Below, in pieces: positions 58,200-64,000 of a stretch of 64,000 nucleotides of DNA (its first letter is position 1; every line of letters begins with the position of its first letter). The stretch covers positions 330,411 to 394,410 of the forward strand of contig NW_003314270.1 of assembly GCF_000143415.4 (NCBI RefSeq), given 5' to 3'. The stretch is from Selaginella moellendorffii. Taxonomy: Eukaryota; Plantae; Lycopodiophyta. Both the position numbers and the translations under genes were made by a program. The notes beneath the pieces were generated by a model that was not told the DNA's origin, did not search any database, and saw only the letters and a program-made list of their open reading frames with translations.

Positions 58200-61100
58200 A
58201 ACTTATAAAAAATAAAAGAAGAGAGCAAAGAAGAAACAAGAGCTTGAGAAAAGGCATTAACATTAACTGTAAAACTCATTGAGTTCAAAGTTTTATATTT
58301 GAAACTTTAGAGCCTAAATTATAATGTATAGAATTTTCCTTACTACACTGGGTGTCACTTAGCTTACAAAAGTGTGATATACCCTTACTTACAAGGACAT
58401 AAAGAGAGAAGCTAAAGGCCACAACCTTTATGAGCAAAGAAACTAAACTTGTTAGTAAAGTTTAGATAGACTATTGTAAACAAATAGTTAGAGTTGTTTA
58501 CATGGTCACACCCTTTACCAAAATAAACAATATTGATAGAGAGGTAGATGATATAACTAGTTGACAATAGCTACCCCATGACTAAAGATTTCACTATGCA
58601 CACTAAGTGCCAAAGCCAATCTACCTATACTGGCCCAAACTCAAATATTAATAAATGAATAATATCAAAGTGAGAGATAATGATATTTGAGAAACTTAAT
58701 TATCAGTAAATAAATCTTAGATTAAAATATAAAAGTATTCCAAGTAAGTTATCATTTGATATACAAGAATTATAATATAGGAACCACAAAGATCATCATA
58801 ATTGGAAAACATAGGATTCACTCTCCACTAAAATTTAATAGTAAGTAGATCATCAAGAAAACTCAATGATACAACTTAATTATCAAAAATTGTAGATAAT
58901 ATACCAAACAACTTATGAAAAAAAACTTAAAGAATACAAAGCATTATTGATAGATAAGTAAAATGCTCAAAAATGTATCTTTTGAAGGAAATAACATCTT
59001 AATTTATCAGAACTAACTCAAGCAATAATTAACAAAAAAGAATGAATGTGGCAAGACTAGCAAACATTCATTCATACTAATTATCGCACTAACCAATATG
59101 AAAAGATCCCGGTTAAAAGTATAAAGGAACTTAAGTTGTTTAAACAAGCATCAGCAATATCTTACAGATATCTCAAACCCAAGAGACTAATCTAGAATAA
59201 ACCATAAAGAACATGTGGTAATGCGGAAAGCCATAAACCATTAAAGAGAATAACTAACTATTATGATAAATCATCAATCATCCCACCAATAAAGAGATGT
59301 ATAATTATTAAATGAAGAAAGAATCCACCATCCTAAAGAACAGCAAATCATTTTATATTAACAATAATGAAGCAAAACATTTGACAAGGATAATTAACTA
59401 TCCTAAATAATAGTCAATTAGCACAAATAATTGCTAAATGCAAATACTAACTTCAACATCAAAACTAATGACCCAAAAATACCATCCCTAACAACTCTTA
59501 ACAAATGAAATAATAAGTATGAAAACTTAAGGAACCAAAAACTCAAAAAAGCCTATAATTTAGTCTTATCTATAATGATTATGAGTGTCATATGAACTAA
59601 CTTTAATGTTAAAGAAGAAATCATGGTACAACCCATAATATCCTTTTTAACACATCCATAAACTAAACTTCATAATGCAAAGCTAATGAAGAGCATTTTT
59701 GCATTAATCCAAAATACAAAGTTATGTTCAACAAATGGTCACCAAATGATCCTCGATAAATCCATCTATAGCAAAATGTAACTCACTTTATAACAAGCAC
59801 AAAAAGAATCATTAATGATCGATATATATCAACTCAAATCTAACAAGGAATCAACATCTTCAATATCAATCACTAATTCTTCCTCTCGGAAAGTTAGCAT
59901 AATCCATGATTGAAATACTTTTCAAGGAAAAACTCAAAGCTCAACCTCTACTAAATAATCTTGTCTAGAACACAATTAACTCAACTTGCCACTTAGTTTG
60001 TTTGAATATCAATATAATTACTAACTAGCAAATGCATGAATGCCAATAATATAAAGCTACAACTAAATCATTAACATTATCTATATCAAGACTAATGAAA
60101 CTCAATATCAATCTTACAAAAAGACATCTCATCTTACCCTAATCTCAATATCAATAATGTCAATGATGAGGCATCACTTCATTGCCATTAACATCAAAAT
60201 AAAGCTAATAAAAAGCAAGATTAAATCACTACCCAAAACTCTTTAGCAACCAAACTAACTAAAGTCAAATATACTTTACTTATTATCCAAGATTAAACTT
60301 TCAGCAAAACTCACTTACATATAACACATCATCAATGAGTGATTCACGAAATCCAAGACTTAATGTAATCTAACACTATATACTACATACAACCAAATGA
60401 TCTCGATAGAGGTAAAATCAACATGCCAATATAGAAAAACCATATAAGTTTAATGACACAATCTTTTATAACACCATCTAATAAAGCAAGTTTATCATTG
60501 TTAAATCATCATTGAGCAAAATTAGTTTTAACACTCCTCAACGAAGTTTACAAACAATCACTAGTTGCAAAGCAACTAACAATCACTCTTCAACTTGCCT
60601 TTCACAACACTCAAACACTAAACTCATGCCATCAAGTCATATATTTGTCCAATATGAATGTAATATTTCGAATACAAGATATAGGAACATAGAAAAACAT
60701 AAACTAAATGACTACTTGAATCCAATCATACAACAATAAACTTATTAACATGTTTAGCTAATAACTCTAAGTATGCCTTGAAGAGGTTAACCATGCATAA
60801 TCAACACATAGTCGAAACTAAAGTGAAGACCATGAGATGGACTCATATTAGTACATAACCTCCTCATAGATAAAGTAATAGTATGGGTACTAACACCTCA
60901 ATCTCAAACAACTAAATTGAACATCATTATTTTTAGCTAAGGCACAGGGCTATTATAACTAAGTCAAGATTAATGAGAGCTCATTATTTTCATAGAGTTT
61001 AACAAAATGCAAGGTGCAACCTGCCATTTAGCATAATATTACAGAAGAAAGGCACAAGGGTCATCTTTCTAAAAAAGTGTAATATCCACTTTTCTACACC

Positions 61101-61500
61101 AACTTCAAATTGTATCTAACTCAATTGCATTAACTCCAAAAGTTAACATCCTTTTCGGGTCACATCATACAAACTACCTACTAAGGTTTAAGCTGTATTA
61201 GCTTACAAATATGAAATGGTTTTTAAACAAAATTATCAACAAATTAGCCATTGGAAAAGTCTAAAAGAATTTATAAAAAATTTTCTATCCAAGAAAAAGA
61301 ATGACTCGCAGTCTAGGAATATAAACTTTTCAAAACTCAACCAACTTCCTTCTACCTATAACTTAATATAGGTTCATCTCAACATAAATTCTTATGGCCC
61401 AACAATATATCTAAACATTGAACATTTTACCTAAATATTTCCAATATCCAACACTGACATTTGTAAAATGCAAATGACTACCCAAGACTCAATCACAAAG
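58200..61500 (-). mobile_element. Very decayed Ty3/Gypsy-like gag-pol relic
   Basis: AT-rich, CpG-depleted and without ORFs. Minus-strand traces resemble protease (~60000-60300) and RT (LFSLMVYGFPHYH, similar to LFSFMDGFSGYN, at ~59215-59255). An LTR adjoins it. Confidence 0.4.
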
Positions 61501-61565
61501 ACCATATCTTGGGATATCTACATTGCATTAACACTTTTCTTCAATCACCTTTAAAATCTAATAAC

Positions 61566-62598
61566 TCTTTATCCTATGGTGATTTATCATAGGATAACCA
61601 CAAAGCAAACTAAACCTTTTATATGCCATATGTCATATGTTACATGCCACATGCCACATGCCATATGCCATGTGTCTAAGAACAGTGGAGTGGAACCCAA
61701 GTTTCAAAGCCTTGGGCCATTGAATGAAGGAATGGAGCCAAACTCCCAAGTTTGCAACTAAGGAGTGAAGGAACAAGAGTGTAAAACAACTCTTGAGTAT
61801 TTAGCCCAAGGAGTAAAGGGACAGAAGTATGGAGAAACTTAAAACAGTTTTAGAGCTTCTAGCACTTTAATGCAAGGACTAACATGCAAAACGAAGCCAA
61901 ATAGAGTTTGGCGCTATTTCAACATACCAGTAAATTAACACAAGGATATGGGTATTCCACCAACTAGCATGGTGTGGAACTTAAGTTTAGACCCAAATCA
62001 GACATAGAACAAAGATAAACACACAAATGGGAGGTAAACTATGCCATAGGTTAATCAACCATGCCCAACTTACCCACTATCCTTATATATTTGGAACAAC
62101 CCCCCCCCCCCCCCCCCCTTCCCGCTTTGGGTTTGGGTTTGGGCTTGGGCTTTCACTACTATTAGTACTAGGAGTTAGTCTTTAGGACTTTGGGACAAGC
62201 TTAAATTTTATTAAATATAAAATTGCATTAGATTGCAAATTTGGACAAGGGACCAACACCATTATATTCAAAACAATCTTTACATTTTGATCTCTACATT
62301 TTGTAGATATACTAAATTAGCAAATCTAGACATTTTCCATAAATAGCAATTGGGACCGAACAAGATTGACACAAAGATGAAGGTGTTTGGTAGACATGGT
62401 AAGCTATCATTTGGCAATATTGGGGAACTAGTTTCAATATGTGGGGGTTCTTGTCATTAGCCAGTGTAAGACACAATGAGATAAAAACTCCTTACGAAGC
62501 TAAGTATGCTTATGTAAGCAACCAAAGGGAACAACTTGAGAAACAATCCATGGAGTTCAAATATAAAGGGAAAGGGCCTATGAATAAAAGTGCACCCC
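61566..62598 (-). repeat. Old, transition-decayed LTR of the same or a closely related family as 62599-63749, opposite orientation
   Basis: 61566-62470 aligns to the reverse complement of ~62840-63730, with many C>T/G>A changes. Confidence 0.8.
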
Positions 62599-64000
62599 TG
62601 TCGCGCATGTGACTTCGGGTATCGAAAGTTACCTATCGGCTAGTCCTTACGGACACTCTTACCTTACTGCCACGATGGCAGGAGGTCGGTATTGCTGGAC
62701 CCGTTATCAGTTTCCACCTAAGCTAGTTGAGAAACTGGTCATCACATGTGCACTTAGACCGGAAGGGCACTAAGGAAGGAAATCCTAAGTTGTCATTTAG
62801 TCAAGCAGACTTGACACGGTGATGAGAAACTCATGATGTTGGCTTGCACTTGCTAGTGTTAGGAACCCCCGCGATATTGAGATTGGTCCCTCAATATTCG
62901 CTAGATGATAGCTTACCGTGTCTGCCAAACACCCTCGCTATCATGCCCTTTGTGTTAGTCTCATTTTGGTCCCAAATGCTATTTATGGAAAGTGTCCAGA
63001 TTTGCTCATTTGGCATATCTACGGAATGTAGAGATCGGCCTGAACACAATGGTGTTCGTCCCGTGTCCAAATTCACAATCTAAGGACATTCCATATTTAG
63101 TAAGTTTTGAGTTTGTCCCAGAGACTAACTCCTGATACTAAGGGAGGCTTGGGGTGAAAGCCCAAAGCGTGTGTTCCTCAAGGGGGGGGGGGCTGTGGGG
63201 GGTTCCAAATGTATAGTAGGGATAGTGGGTAGGTCGGGCATGGCCGACCAACCTGAGGCATAGTCTAGCTCCCGCTTGCGTGCCTGTCCTTGTTTTGCGT
63301 CCGGCTTGGGTCTAAGCCCAAGTTCCATTCCATGCTAGCTGGTGGAGTACCCATATCCTCACGTTAGGCCACCGGTATGCCGAAATAGCGCCAGACTCCG
63401 TTTGGCTCCGTTTTGCGTGCTGGTCCTGGCATTGGTATGCTGGTTGCTCCAGGACTGTTCCAAGTCGCTCCGGGCTCTTGTCCCTTCGCTCCTTGGGCTA
63501 TATGCTCAGGAGTTGCTCCGTGGTCCGGTTCCATCACTCCTTGGTGTCACGCTTGGGAGTTTGGCACCGTTCGTTCGTTCAGTGGCTCAAGGCCCTGAAC
63601 CTTGGGTTCCTGTGGACACGTGGCATGGACACGTGGCATGTGACACATGGCATCTGTCACGTGGCACAAAGAGGGTTTAAGTTCCGCTTCGTGGTGTTAT
63701 CCTATGGTAAATCACCATAGGATAAAGGGTCAAAACCACGTGCGCTACATTTGGTATCAGAGAATACGTCTCAGCGATACTATCCAATGAGATTGGGCAA
63801 CTAGTCTCATAGCATACGCAGAGATGAAAACGATGATCCGAGTGGGTACACGTTTGGGTGCAAAGGCTTCGCAATTGTTCCTTGGGTATGGTTTTGGTTA
63901 CCATTTTGTACCGTATTATATAAGCTTGCTCTTGGGCTCATAAGAGGGTTTGCTATGAGTGGCAAATAAGCTGGTCCGTAGCTGTTTAGCACGGCACTAG
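62599..64000 (+). mobile_element. Younger LTR retrotransposon: 5' LTR 62599-63749 (1151 bp), tRNA-Met PBS 63752-63762, internal region continues past the window
   Basis: Termini TGTCGCGCATGTG...CACGTGCGCTACA (11/13 inverted match), followed by TGGTATCAGAG. Confidence 0.85.

Overview
Gene-dense plant nuclear DNA with very short (about 45-60 nt) GT-AG introns and many PLS/SS-type PPR genes. This profile is most consistent with a lycophyte such as Selaginella (inference, not verified). The left part holds the 5' portion of TEBICHI/Pol theta, a PPR-DYW editing factor, AMP deaminase and an NPF transporter. The middle is a ~10 kb tandem segmental duplication (14669-24648 / 24649-35594). Each unit carries an orphan multi-pass surface protein, a PPR, a UGT, an internally inverted PRS pseudogene and a second PPR. 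The PPRs were lost reciprocally, while the orphan gene and the UGT stay intact in both copies. Next come an intronless microbial-type beta-propeller lactonase (HGT candidate) just downstream of a CYP72-clan P450, a frameshifted PPR and a decayed tRNA-Ile(AAT). These are followed by a decayed Copia element with ultra-short 67/75-bp LTRs and an intact TSD, a non-catalytic aspartic-protease-fold protein, an F-box-like remnant and a class III peroxidase. The right end is a TE zone where a younger LTR abuts an older related LTR in opposite orientation. The best candidate for a new system is a putative metabolic neighbourhood: P450, microbial-type lactonase, duplicated UGTs, orphan membrane protein and NPF transporter. 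That functional link is inference only.
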